DNA of 64,000 bases from Tubulanus polymorphus (lineage: Eukaryota > Animalia > Nemertea), in the NCBI RefSeq assembly GCF_964204645.1, contig NC_134031.1, positions 8,308,001 to 8,372,000 on the forward strand, given 5' to 3'. Position 1 is the first letter of the stretch; each line of letters opens with the position of its first letter. Positions 25,901 to 36,415 of the stretch are shown here, one piece after another. The position numbers and the translations under genes are program-made. The notes below the pieces were generated by a model. That model was not told where the DNA came from, did not search any database, and was given only the letters and a program-made list of their open reading frames with translations.

Positions 25901-27175
25901 GGTCGGCATTAAGTCTATTGAGCATAAAGAATAGTCTATGACACTTGGGGCGCCTGAATGGCTATAGCATGTAAAATTTCCAGCTGAATCACCTAAGCAT
26001 CTGCCATTTAGTATCCGTACACCCGATGTTTTACATAGCTTTAGTAGTTTCCTACCATGGCTGTCCACCAGGTGTGGATCAGAGTTGCGACGTTTTAAGC
26101 TTTGGTCACCCAGGGGGTCAACATAATCAAAGATATCACAGTTCGAAGGGATATTTAAGCAGTAGTCCGGGTCAGTGGCAGTTTTTGCATTAAAGTCTCC
26201 CATGAGGAGACATTGACCTTTAGTGGAGTAAAAGGCTAAATCATTTTCAAGTAGGTCAAAAATATCCTCTCCCAGCTTTGAGACAGAGGACGACTGCGGG
26301 CTAATGTAGACTACAGCTAAGTAGATGTCAGATTGAAGGTTGAAAAATTTTTTACAGATGCGAATCCAGACATATTCGGTTGAAGAAAAGGGGAGTACCT
26401 TGACTCCCTCCCTAATGCAGTCTTTGACACCGATGGCAATGCCGCCATAATTACGAACAGCATTAAGGCTTCTGGACCGTGTGTTCTGAAAGATTTTATA
26501 GCCAGTTAATTCAAGGACATCTTTACTTGAGCAGTGAGTCTCGATTAGCCCAAACAGATCGTATTTACATAATAGGTTTTTTACATCATCATTTATAAGT
26601 TTACAGACACGATGGCCAGCAATTCTGCTGTGGATGCCATCGACATTCCAGCAGCCTAGTGATAGTTTACTTTTGAGCACACTGGATCCCATATTGATAG
26701 GAGAAATGTACAAGTAAGAGACTAAAACAAAGTAATTCAAGTATACGCAGTTAACATTCTTGCAGAACAGTAGAGTATATATGTTGTTGAGGTAATAGGA
26801 ATATCTAGTAACTAGTAAATTAGTATTATAGACACAGCAGTTTCGTTGGGACATTAAGATATATACTTTACCACATATATTAATACATCATACATATTGT
26901 AGAAAAAATAAACGTAAAGGTTTACAGGCACAGCAGCATAACACGACAGCAGGGTAAATTGAGAGCACCAGACAAACGCACGAGAGACTTTCAGAATTGT
27001 TGTGGGTACTGATACGGCAGCCCGGAGAATGCGTGTTTCAGCATATCACTTGAGAAACAATTGAGTTGAGAAACAATATGCATTGGGTTTCGTTCTGACG
27101 GAAATCCATTTCGTGGTGTTTTGTGGAAACGCGGCGAGTTACGAGATCCGTTTCGCGGTGTGTACACAGGTACAC
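22933..27175 (-). mobile_element. Non-LTR retrotransposon (RTE-X-like), 5'-truncated in presumed ORF1, with intact ORF2
   Basis: 7-bp TSD TGTCATA at 22926-22932 and 27176-27182; 3' tail (TTCAAG)n preceded by AATAAA on the minus strand. Confidence 0.9.
23150..26854 (-). CDS. LINE ORF2: AP endonuclease + reverse transcriptase + C-terminal CCHC zinc finger (start may be Met at 26692)
   Basis: WNVDG, LIETH, MGDFNA and SVIDY (APE); YRGIAI, QIGFR, FVDFKAAFDSI, GVKQGCVLSPLLF, YADD and YLG (RT); LRIETGRH...RICQFC...DELHFLINC; 1234 uninterrupted codons. Confidence 0.95.
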   Translation of the reverse strand: MSQRNCCVYNTNLLVTRYSYYLNNIYTLLFCKNVNCVYLNYFVLVSYLYISPINMGSSVLKSKLSLGCWNVDGIHSRIAGHRVCKLINDDVKNLLCKYDLFGLIETHCSSKDVLELTGYKIFQNTRSRSLNAVRNYGGIAIGVKDCIREGVKVLPFSSTEYVWIRICKKFFNLQSDIYLAVVYISPQSSSVSKLGEDIFDLLENDLAFYSTKGQCLLMGDFNAKTATDPDYCLNIPSNCDIFDYVDPLGDQSLKRRNSDPHLVDSHGRKLLKLCKTSGVRILNGRCLGDSAGNFTCYSHSGAPSVIDYSLCSIDLMPTIDLFNVGLPNLYSIHSVLSIILSVHYSIMSGVPSPLGCSDNRPPEKYIWRPGDDKKYIEALNSQEIRNDIKSLLENETGINDNINSLCSIFSKACKKSLKRKSKLSSKPKIHKNPQKWFDSECIAKKKEILRLTPLLRKNPFDQFLLFKFRSLKKSYKKLLNQKKAYYKNFILSQMDHLRSKDPREYWSLFDKLRNIDKRQFSPNITLNQWSDHFTNLLNGSFNKSLNPPENNIEILPDQFYAEGADKLDSEITTVEISKAISRLKNGKAVGPDNISNEMIKAGHSQLLPLLHNIFNQILASGTFPEAWRCSSLHPIFKKGDKNSCSNYRGIAIGSNLCKLFCNVLHDRLYNFSESNKLIPQYQIGFRKGMRTSDHILTLKSIIDKYINQISKQNIFCCFVDFKAAFDSIHRSALIYKLSRFGIGGKFLTFIKSLYSDVRYKINFQGNTSSEIKSLIGVKQGCVLSPLLFNLFTADLPNIFSNCDPVTLHETSINCLLYADDLVIISKSHKGLQKALDNLSSYCTTWGLTVNLLKTKIIIFTKSGRVLTKYNFRFSGANIEIVKSYSYLGITFCPSGKFNNACETLCDNASKALFKLKTIDIRNNLTTAYSLFNSLIRPIIGYCCEIWGSAYITKLDPSNFYDICNSLPCEKLFIKFGKYLLGVKKRSVNAAVRGDLGQFPLLVTFLPLMVNYWLRICKIDSSTIVYKAYLENITSMHSTQNWCTSLHSLLECLDLSGVWCNQGSNHPKKIINLLQSKIKALYSSIWLKEINDSNKNPKLRSYKLFKSRFIIENYIVANNFTNRREFSKLRLGSHHLRIETGRHHKPPIPVPDRICQFCSDQSVDDELHFLINCSYSDSARSDIFTYLDTFTDFRTMSHIDKFAFLMSNNNNDPEISTIVCDLVNKLVKLRLDSIS

Positions 27176-27447
27176 TGTCATAGTACACCGCCAAAATGTG
27201 TAAGCGTAACGTCAAATTGTGTAATGCGGCTAAATAACACAGGGGGCGACACTGTACGGACAGTATTTTGCGGTATTTTTCTCGCTTTGCGATCATCTCA
27301 AGGTCGTCTCATTGAAATAATTTTCGAGTATCAAATAGACAAATCGTATCATATTCCCTAAACCCAATGAAATGAATTTATTATTACTTTTATTAGTTAA
27401 CTCGGAACTCATGAACTCAAGATGTCGTCTCAGGTATGGAGGCCATA

Positions 27448-28179
27448 TATGGAAGCCCTGAGACGACACCTTGGGTTCATGAGTTCCCAAGTTCATAACT
27501 TCCAGAGTTTATGATATTTCGAGTTTATTTGGGCATGTACAAAACTATGAAATTATGCGACATAAAGAATCCTATTATAAGGATGTTAAATCCGATTAAA
27601 TCCCGCATCAACCAAGACTGGTTGACTGTGCCCAATTCTGCACTGGCAGTCATATTAAGTCGACCGGCAACCAGTCTATCACCAGACATCAGCTTTCTTG
27701 ATGGTTTATAGAAAATAAATAGATGTTTAAAAATTTCTCATAACGAGCGTTTGTTATCTTTTTCACCATTAAAACCCGAGCAGATTCATCGAGAGTCACC
27801 GGTTATTCGGAGTCACCCTTCTCTCTAGCCCGCGCACAGAAAATCCGAGCTACCTACCAGTTCACCCAGCACTGGCAGTGGTTGTCTCCACCAGTGATCT
27901 ACGATCCTAGTGTCACCAACTGTGGTACATCCATCAGACACTAAGATTCTTGGTGAACCTACCAGAGGAGGAACGGAGGCGCACTTCAACATACCATTAA
28001 TCGCTGGTTATTCAGTGTCGTCTGAGCCTGAGACGCGGGTCTTTGATAGAGCATCGTGTTTACATTCGACGTTTCGGTATCGCAGGCTTATTTCATTAGA
28101 CGAACTCATGAACTTGAGAACTCAGGAAGTTATGAACTCGGAACTCATGAACTCAAGATGTCGTCTCAGGGCTTCCATA
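27448..28179. mobile_element. Nested element with TATGGAAGCCCTGAGACGAC TIRs inside the IS3EU-like host
   Basis: tatggaagccctgagacgacac ... tgtcgtctcagggcttccata; extra partial end at ~27398-27433; no TSD found. Confidence 0.55.
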
Positions 28180-28616
28180 GGTTTACGGCAAAGTACTTAC
28201 TTCCGCTATTTTACCGTACATTATTACTATATATTATAGTATTAACTAACTAAAGTAACAATAAAATCATTTTATTGGGTTTAGGGAATATTATACGATT
28301 CGTCGATTTGATACTCGCAAAATTATTTCAATAAAACGACCTTGAGATGATCGCAATGCGAGAAAAATACCGCAAAATACTGTCCGTACAGTGTCGCCCC
28401 CTGTGTTATTTAGCCGCATTACACAATTTGACGTTACGCTAACACATTTTGGCGGTGTACTATGACATTTTGTCAAAGTACAGAAAAATAGACGAAACGC
28501 TGATTTTTGGCGGGAATGGCCGCCCATATCCGTGTGTCACTCGCGGCTGCATTTTTCAATCAAATCGCTAAAACGCTCCGCAATATACGACGAAATCAAT
28601 TACATTTGTAATGCAA

Positions 28617-28823
28617 TGAGATAAAAACCCACTATCTACAGATTAAAAGAATTTAAAAGCACACCTGACGATGATCTCTAGGGTGCCGATCGAAACGTCG
28701 TGTATTCTATATATTTTAGATTATTCGAATAAATAAATTCTTGTTTTTAAATTCTTTTAATCTGTAGATAGTGGATTTTTATCTTATTATCCGTTCACCA
28801 CGTTTGAGTGTGGTTATCGTTCT
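28617..28823 (+). mobile_element. Short Penelope-like element insertion (inverted pLTR fragment) with 13-bp TSD
   Basis: ATTTGTAATGCAA at 28604-28616 and 28824-28836; inverted repeat ~28620-28658 / 28745-28783; contains a hammerhead core. Confidence 0.75.
28661..28703 (+). ncRNA. Minimal type I hammerhead ribozyme
   Basis: acac-CTGACGA-t-gatc[tctagggtgcc]gatc-GAAAC-GTC-gtgt: stem I acac/gtgt, stem II gatc/gatc, full core, predicted cleavage after C28699. Confidence 0.78.
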
Positions 28824-29109
28824 ATTTGTAATGCAAATTAATACTTTTGACCTATGATATCCAAATGAGCCGACAGCAGTCTTCAAATAGCAGGATTCGC
28901 CGAGGGGCCGAGGAACCAGCCGCGTTGGATCGGAAGGCCCAATGGGCTTATACAGCTTTTGTCTATAATCTTATATAATCTTATATGTAGTCTGTGAAAA
29001 TATCCGATCGTGAAATTAAACCACATACAGGTTGACTAAATCGGAGGACTGTTTTTGCTTTGTAGACTCGGAATGAATGAGGGCAGTGTCACTAAGGACC
29101 TGCGATCTT

Positions 29110-29990
29110 GGAATATCGGCCGGGGGTATCCAAATAGGGCACCTGTGAGACTCAGCATATCTAGAGGGTGTAATCACCTGGGTGACTGAGAATATCCAAA
29201 TTTGGGCAGTAATCGAATGGGAGACTCAGAATATCCACATGGGGGCAGTTTACTGATTTATGATTGATATGCACATATTTTGAAACAGACACTTCACTGA
29301 CGTTAAATTTTTAAAATAGTAATTTTCTATTGATTAAAATAATTATTAGATGTAGAAAATTTCTCAATATTCTATTCAAACAATTAGCCTATTGCTGAAA
29401 TAATTCATTCTGGGCAAAGGTTATGAAAATATCGATTTTTTATTTGGAAAAATATCTGTCGTGAAGAATGACGTACGTAGGCCTACCCAGTAGGGAAACT
29501 CAGAATATCCAAATTGGGGCAGTATAGGAGACACTGGAATATCCAAATTGGGCAAGTCACCGGGGAGTACCGGTATCAGAATATCCACATGGGGGCAGTA
29601 GGCGAATGGAGGACTCATCCAAATATGGGTAGTTGTCACCCTGGAAAATCAGAATATCCAAATGGGGACAGAAGTCGCCCGGGGACACTCACATATCCAC
29701 ATTATTAGGGCGGTGGTCAACTGGGAGACTCAGAATATCCACATGAGTGCAAGACATATTCAACCAGGAGACACTGGAATATCCAAATTGGGACAGTAGT
29801 CGAATGGGAGACTCAGATTATGAGGGCAGTAGTCGCCTGTTGAAGACTCAGAATATCCACATGAGGGCAGTCTTCACATGGGAGACTCAGAATATCCAAA
29901 TACGGGCAAATATGAGTCACCTGGTAGTCACATTAGAGCAGTATTCAACCAGGAGACTCAGAATATCCAACATATGTGGATATTCTGAAC
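29110..29990 (+). repeat. Degenerate ~41-bp tandem repeat, interrupted at ~29255-29490
   Basis: Recurrent gggagactcagaatatcca(a/c)at(g/t)gggcagt. Confidence 0.85.
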
Positions 29991-30774
29991 CTCTATAGGT
30001 TTGTTTTGAAAACATTTTCTCAAAAAAATCAATATTGAACGCAATTAATTTCGTTTATACTACTTAACTTGCGGGTCATTTCCGTGGGTTGGAAGTGTTA
30101 TCGTTTGCGTATGCCTGAGGGCTCTTGCGTTATCGTCGACGTCGTCCTCGGCAGAGTGGATGCAAGCCGATGCAAGTCTCGACATGGAATCCAGGGAACT
30201 TACCTCCAGACAGGCCATATGATAATGTCACCGATTGTGTAGCCAGGGTGCCACCGCGCGAATGACGTTGCCGGCCGTTCTCGTTGTACCGATCGACTTT
30301 CATAGATATATACCTTTCTGTAATTCCTAATTCACTTTCAGCATCGGGGACTTCTAATAGAAAATGAACTTTGATTGAACGATTGTCACATCTTGAGATG
30401 ATGGAACTCGGACACAGTGAAGTTTATACCTTTCTCCTTTTATAGTTGCTCCTTTCTTAAATTTCCGGGGAATCGAATCATTTCGGACGGATGACCAAAG
30501 ATCTCTCTCGGGTTCACCCTAAGTGAAGGAATTCTACAGCTATACAGAAGAATGTCGATTGCGAAGAGTGACCATCATGTGAGGATTCCGGACAGCGGAG
30601 CTTCAGTTTTCAGGCACTCTCCGCGGTTAGACTCAGCCCTTTTTCTACCCCGAACACTTTTGGCCCGGTCCCGTCGGTCGGTGTCAAGGCGTGTTGTCAG
30701 TTAAAAGCTCAGTGTTCGATCCACTCGGATTGATTTCACCTTACGTGTTGAATGGAAAAATTCTACTTTAATAC

Positions 30775-30890
30775 ATGTATTAGGGTGCACTTTTGAGCAC
30801 AGAGACCATTCAGCCTTCTTCGGGCAAATCTGCGTAGATGACCTGATCGTAGACAGGCGAAACACAAATATCGTTCACGTAGGAATTCTT
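30775..30890 (-). pseudogene. Degraded BEL/Pao gag zinc-knuckle remnant
   Basis: EFLRERYLCFACLRSGHL, then after a frameshift CPKKAEWSLCSKVHP. Confidence 0.5.
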
Positions 30891-33391
30891 ATCTATCGTT
30901 ATATGATAATTTGCTCAACCTCCTACTTCCCCCGTGAATGGTGTTTTGATTCATATAAGATATGATAGACGGAATCTGCTGTCTTTGAGTGAATTTCCAA
31001 TTTCTTCCGACTTGACAGGTTTTCGTCAAATCTGCGAAATGGTGTTGTGAGAGCTAAAACGTAAAACATTTTTTTCCAAATCCAGTCAATATTTTTTGGT
31101 TTTTCTGTAGTATATGGCTTATATTTCCGCCGTTTGATGACAATTTTTTGATTGGTAGTTCTATTTCCTTGTAATTATCGTCGGAATATGGAGAAACGGG
31201 CGATTTTTACCATTAGAAATTGACTATCAATGGCGAAAAAAGCTAATTTGTGGGCTCCAAAACGAAATTTCGTTTTGGCGGGGGTGCCAATTTCGACGTT
31301 TTTCGTTGTTTTGGCGAGGGCGCCAAAATGAAAGTTCGTTTTTTGCGGGGGCGCCAAAACGGAACATTCTTTGTTTTGGCGCACCAAAACGACTTTCAGA
31401 GAAAATTGCACGCATGGGACCAGCATTAACTACATTTTATCTAATGAATTCTCGGAGTACTGGGACTTCGGAGTAATGAGTATGCCCAAAATTAGATGAG
31501 GCTTACCGAATTTATGGGCTAGTAGCCAGAAATGTCCTTTAAACTTATGACTAAAAAACCATTACACAAACGGACGAGCCTATCCCCGAGGCTTCAGTAT
31601 TAGCAATGTAAAACCCAGCTAAAAGGTAACCTGCATACCCAAACTTCAGACTGACACTGAGAGCATATGACAAGTGCATTTTTTAACATGAGATAATCCT
31701 CTAAAAATAAACCAGGCAAAACTAACGTAGCGGTAAGTAATTCTATAAAAAAAGCATGTACAAGTATTAAACTTAGTATGACAACTTGAATCAAATAGAA
31801 ATCATTGAACATAAAATTTATCACGAAACTGAATTTGTGCAGGCAATTATAGCGAAATTAGCTGATTTCGCCTGATTCGGGCGCCAGTTTGGAATCACCT
31901 CCTGGATTTCACCGCACGCGCACTGCTGTTTTTATCTTATACATGTACTTAGATTGCTCTCGGTGATTCGACTTGCATGTAAATCGAATTAAGATTGGTC
32001 GACGTTCTGTCCCGCGGCCCGGTTGCTTCCGGGTTTTTGCGAGGTCATTTCACATTTGTCGTCACTAAATTGTCGAGCGCGGTGTTCGAATCTTTCGTTT
32101 AACATGTTGTTATAATATTTCATCTCTATTTTCGTATCCGCGCGGTTACCTTTTCTAGTCGACGTGACACATGCGGCCAATCACGCGTGTCCGGACTTTT
32201 GTTCCAGCCAATGAGAGTGCGAAAGGGATAGCCGCGGGCAATGGAAGTCCGGCGCAGAGCGGAGATTCGAGGCCGACTTATCGTTCACTCGTGTCCGCCG
32301 TGACCGAGCTGTCCACGATTGAGAGTAACACAGGGCGCTACTTAAGTCGAACGAACATACGTTCCTCAATTGAAAATGTAATTATCCGGCCGTTTGTCGA
32401 CGTGTCTGCACCCGGACCGAACTAAATTGCGGCGCCGTAGTGTATATATATAGTTTATTAAAGTGTCATCTTTACAAGTAAAGCCAGCCTATAGAAGGCT
32501 TACAAGACACAAATTTTCATACAATTATAACATATTCATGGCATGTTACCGTTACGTCGTAAGTGTAAATATGTTGTCCGCCCCGGATATTGTCCCCGGC
32601 ACCGGACCGTTGTCCTGGGCAATATGTAAATACTAACATGATCACGATAACCGCTCACTGAGAGAACCCGAGTAATGCAAAAACCACGATGAACTTCAGC
32701 ACCAAATATATTTTTTTCTTATTTATTACAAAAACGAATAACTCGTGAGGTCGTACGCTCCTGCCCGCTCTGAGGTGCGACGTATGGATTAACGGTTCCG
32801 GACGGTGAGGAGTTCACGCTAGTACCAAGAATAAGCCGATAAGAGGAGAGTAACTTCGCCCAACCGTATTACATGCATTCAAGAGAAGGACGAGTGAAAA
32901 CTCGGACGGAGCCAACGTGAACCCGGTGGACACGACCGGTCCGGGACGGAGGGGAGGTTGGAGCCTCAATCCCATGACGCCGGGGCGTACGGACAGACAC
33001 AGCTGCAGAGTTGTCTGTTTCGATGAGTGTTTTCAGTGATTTTGACCAGGGTGTCAAATGGTTTCGGATTTCCGTTACACAATCACGGCTCAGTGACACA
33101 CTATCAGAAAGCAGAGCGATTATACGCTCCGGCGCGTATCAGGTGCTGCCGTCCCCATTGATTGCATTATTTTGTTATTTCTTTTATCTTATCCTATTCG
33201 GCCTATATCTACATTATATGATTCTCATGGAACTTTCACCTCCTGTCTTTACTTAATTGATTTTTTTTCTCGAATGTCTTAATATAAAATTTTTTGGTTC
33301 AATAAAGTTATACTGTACTGTCGTCGAGAGAAATCCCACAATAACAAAGCCAAAATTGAAAAATTCTATATCAGAGGATTGTATTTGAGGA

Positions 33392-33430
33392 GCGACGTTT
33401 CGGCTAACAACTGTTAGCCATTATCAGGCG
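33392..33430 (-). ncRNA. Degenerate hammerhead ribozyme (Penelope-type)
   Basis: Minus strand: gc-CTGATAA-t-ggctaac[agtt]gttagcc-GAAAC-GTC-gc; core has A where G8 is expected. Confidence 0.55.
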
Positions 33431-34644
33431 TACTGAGAACAAAATCAAATAACAGGATATTTATACAAAAATATGACAAATGATAACGATTAAAGGATTA
33501 AGATTAAAGTAACTAAATAACAAAAACCGGAACACTAAGGAAGAAAACGAAGAAAGCAAACGACAATATATTGCATTGTATTGTATTGGCATCCGAGGCA
33601 AGTCAGGATGTCCCGATATAGATAACATCGGAGCTGCCCGCTATGCCACCTGCATGTACCTACCTGAAACTGTGTGATACACCGAGACTTTCGTGTCCTT
33701 TTGGCTTTGCGTAGGCCTTTCAATCAAGGAAGGACGAGGTAATACTTAATCGTTGCTTTAGTTTCGCAGTCGGAGAAAATTTCACAAACATCCGAAAAAT
33801 CTGTGCTGTTTGTGCCTCCCACCACCAACAACAACCGTTCTCTCTGCATATATATATGAGCCATCCACGTTCCCGTCTCGACCCGTTACTGTCTCGACCC
33901 GTTCCCGTCTCGACCCTACCGTACAATAGCGCCACCACAGTCGATTATTTGAACTAAAACACTACGGCGCGTATCGGATTCGTTTTTCGCATGTGAACCT
34001 ACCAACAATTTTAAAAAATCAAATTAGATTTTTGAAAACTTTTCATTGAAAAGATCGAATGATGGAAACGGTATAAGCTTAAGTGCAGATCCGCACCTCC
34101 CCGCGTAAACGGTTCAATCAATTACATTTAATATCAACACGTATTTCAGATTCAAAATTCAGCAATTCAGTGGTTTGCCATTGGTTAATTTTTAGATATC
34201 TTCACTAGAAAGATTTTAGCCTGGATTCTGTCATTCAGCAGATTGCGTCAATCACGAGAGGTGTGGATCTGCACTTACCAAGAAAACGCCTCCAATGTCA
34301 ACAGAAGTAAAAATTCAAGATGCGAAGTAAGCAATTTCCCGTCGAGATTTCCTCCCAGAAATAATATATATTTACTGGTAAAGCTAAACTAATTTCAAAT
34401 ATAATCTTGAATGAATTACACGAGTGTAATTATTTTGGTTTCTAAAAAATAAAATCAACTTTCTTTAAATCTCTCAAACCGTTTTTTCAAAAAACGACCC
34501 GGCCCGGGGCATTTTGTTTGGGGCATGTTTATTGCCATTAATCAATTCGAATTCATCAAATTTATGAAGAAAATTAATGTCTGAATTTTGCAAAAAAAAT
34601 AAAGATGATTGTTAAATTCATGACGCGTTATCTTTCTCTACAGA

Positions 34645-35158
34645 TCCCGTGGGTTTCTCCATGGACCCTATGTTCCTGTCTCGACCCTTCAAACCTGTCT
34701 CTAGTCTCTACACAGTCCCGTGGACACTATGTTCCTGTCTCGACCCTTCAAACCTGTCTCTACTCTCTACACAGTCCCGTAGACACCATGTTCCCGTCTC
34801 GATCCTTCACACCTGTCTCTACTCTCTACACAGTCCCGTGGACACCATGTTCCCGTCTCGACCCTTTAAAACTGTCTCTAGTCTCTACACAGTCCTGTGG
34901 ACACCATGTTCCCGTCTCGACCCTTCTAACCTGTCTCTAGTCTCTACACAGTCCTGTGGACACCATGTTCCCGTCTCGACCCTTCACATCTGTCTCTACT
35001 CTCTACACAGTCCTGTGGACACCATGTCCCCGTCTCGACCCTTCTAACCTGTCTCTAGTCTCTACACAGTCCCGTGGACCCTATGCTCCCGTCTCGACCC
35101 TTCACACCTGTCTCTACTCTCTACACAGTCCTGTGGACACCATGTTCCCGTCTCGACA
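34645..35158 (+). repeat. 59-bp minisatellite, ~8.5 copies (left arm)
   Basis: ccatgttcccgtctcgacccttc...ctctacacagtcc recurs every 59 bp. Confidence 0.92.
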
Positions 35159-35737
35159 TTTTTAGTGGACACAGGTTTAGTGAAGCCATTAAGATGGTGG
35201 CTGTGTGTTACGTATCTTGTATCAAGATATTTCGATATAAGTAATGATTTGTCATTCACGATTTGTCGGGCTACAACAGGCAGAAAAAAAAAGAAAATTA
35301 AGATGAGAATGAAAGCCTTTCGTATTGAAGACCATGGGATTCAGCCAAGGAACATTGTAGCCTAGTTATACTTCTGATATACCTACCGAATTATCGATTA
35401 TCAAAAATCTAGAATTTCGACTATTAGGACAATGTCGGTTGTAATCTTCTGGTTCTTTGAGTTCGTTCTAATGAGTTTTCATGGTAATGTGTATGGTACA
35501 TATTCCTGAAAATTTCACTGAGTTTGATTGAAAATTGTAGAAATTTTCCTTATGTATACATGTATCAATATTCAGTCCGTCGGCATCGATTTTGTAGATT
35601 CCTCATCTTTTTAATCAATGAATATTCGACCAATTTTAATATTAATTTCCATCTTTTTTAAAGGCTCGTCCCACTGAGTGGAAATATTACAAGCCGATTA
35701 GATATGTCAGAGTATCCCAGAAACTGTCTAGAAACGG

Positions 35738-36415
35738 ATGTGAAGGGTCGAGACGGGAACATGGTGTCCACAGGACTGTGTAGAGACTAGAGACAGGTTA
35801 GAAGGGTCGAGACGGGAACATGGTGTCCACAGGACTGTGTAGAGACTAGAGACAGTTTTAAAGGGTCGAGACGGGAACATGGTGTCCACGGGACTGTGTA
35901 GAGAGTAGAGACAGGTGTGAAGGATCGAGACGGGAACATGGTGTCTACGGGACTGTGTAGAGAGTAGAGACAGTTTTGAAGGGTCGAGACGGGAACATGG
36001 TGTCTACGGGACTGTGTAGAGAGTAGAGACAGGTGTGAAGGGTCGAGACGGGAACATGGTGTCCACGGGACTGTGTAGAGAGTAGAGACAGGTGTGAAGG
36101 GTCGACACGGGAACATGGTGTACACGGGACTGTGTAGAGAGTGGAAACAGATTTGAAGGGTCGAGATGGGAACATGGTGTCCAGTGGACTGTGTAGAAAC
36201 TAGAGACAGGTTAGAAGGGTCGAGACGGGAACATGGTGTCCACGGGACTGTGTAGAGAGTAGAGACAGGTGTGAAGGGTCGAGACGGGAACATAGGGTCC
36301 ACAGGACTGTGTAGAGAGTGGAGACAGATGTGAAGGGTCGAGACGGGAACATAGGGTCCACGGGACTGTGTAGAGAGTAGAGCCAGATTTGAAGGGTCGA
36401 GACGGGAACATGGTG
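35738..36415 (-). repeat. 59-bp minisatellite, ~11.5 copies (right arm, inverted)
   Basis: Reverse complement of the left-arm unit. Confidence 0.92.

Larger units (their letters stand above)
22865..28528. mobile_element. IS3EU-like non-autonomous DNA transposon (~250-bp TIRs, 6-bp TSD) hosting nested insertions
   Basis: TATGGGCGGCCATTCCCGCC...GGCGGGAATGGCCGCCCATA; TCCGTG at 22859-22864 and 28529-28534; left TIR is split by the LINE and resumes at 27183. Confidence 0.82.

Noticed and set aside
31840-33250. GC-richer, CCAAT-containing stretch with short ORFs
   Set aside because: No recognisable protein motif or paired termini; probably old transposon debris that cannot be classified by eye.
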